Shown here piece after piece: positions 63,812-64,000 of a DNA stretch of 64,000 bases (its first letter is position 1; every line of letters begins with the position of its first letter). This stretch comes from Felis catus. Lineage: Eukaryota. The translations under genes were made by a program, and so were the position numbers. The stretch covers positions 39,558,001 to 39,622,000 of the forward strand of contig NC_058368.1 in the NCBI RefSeq assembly GCF_018350175.1. Reading direction: 5' to 3'. Below the pieces are notes generated by a model that ran no database searches, was not told where the DNA came from, and saw only the letters and a program-made list of their open reading frames with translations.

Positions 63812-64000
63812 ATATTTACTTTATTTATTTTTGAGAGAGAGAGAGAGACAAAGATACAAGGTGTGAGCAGGGAAGGGGGGCAGAGAGAGAGAGGGAGACA
63901 CAGAATCGGAAGCAGGTTCCAGGCTCTGAGCTGTCAGCACAGAGCCCAACGTGGGGCTCGAACTCACAAACCAGGAGATCATGCCCTGAGCTGAAGTCGG
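63812..64000 (-). mobile_element. Can-SINE, cut by window edge
   Basis: T tail, GA tract and 'caggctctgagctgtcagcacagagccc...ggggctcgaactcac'. Confidence 0.95.

Noticed and set aside
1..64000. A novel multi-gene biological system (operon, defence island, CRISPR-like array)
   Set aside because: The window is mammalian repeat-rich non-coding DNA. It has no credible genes and no regularly spaced repeat-spacer array, and the recurring ~200-bp repeats are dispersed SINEs with individual TSDs.
1..64000. Inferring a host gene and its strand from L1 orientation bias
   Set aside because: L1 fragments are split about evenly between strands, so no intronic orientation can be inferred and no gene can be named.

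Overview
This is 64 kb of AT-rich, CpG-depleted mammalian DNA, most likely from a cat-family (Felidae/Feliformia) genome. The assignment rests on about 26 tRNA-derived Can-SINEs of the feline SINEC_Fc type and a felid-type L1 3' end. I found no protein-coding gene, RNA gene, CRISPR array or prokaryotic feature. The ORF track consists of chance ORFs or translations of SINE/L1/LTR remnants. The window reads as intergenic or deep-intronic DNA with layered transposon fossils: old MIR, L2, MLT1, MER21-like and MER5 elements, L1M/L1_Carn fragments, and recent SINE and L1 insertions with intact target-site duplications (TSDs). I could not support any novel biological system. The most interesting sequence-level observations are: a convergent pair of CTCF-like motifs about 36 kb apart (one with an upstream module separated by a G13 homopolymer), a clean template-switch scar at 8775-8817, two same-family solo LTRs in inverted orientation about 6.2 kb apart, and a head-to-head SINE pair 26 bp apart sharing one TTTAAA target site. 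Repeat family names come from recalled consensus similarity, not a database search, and boundaries of old repeats are approximate.
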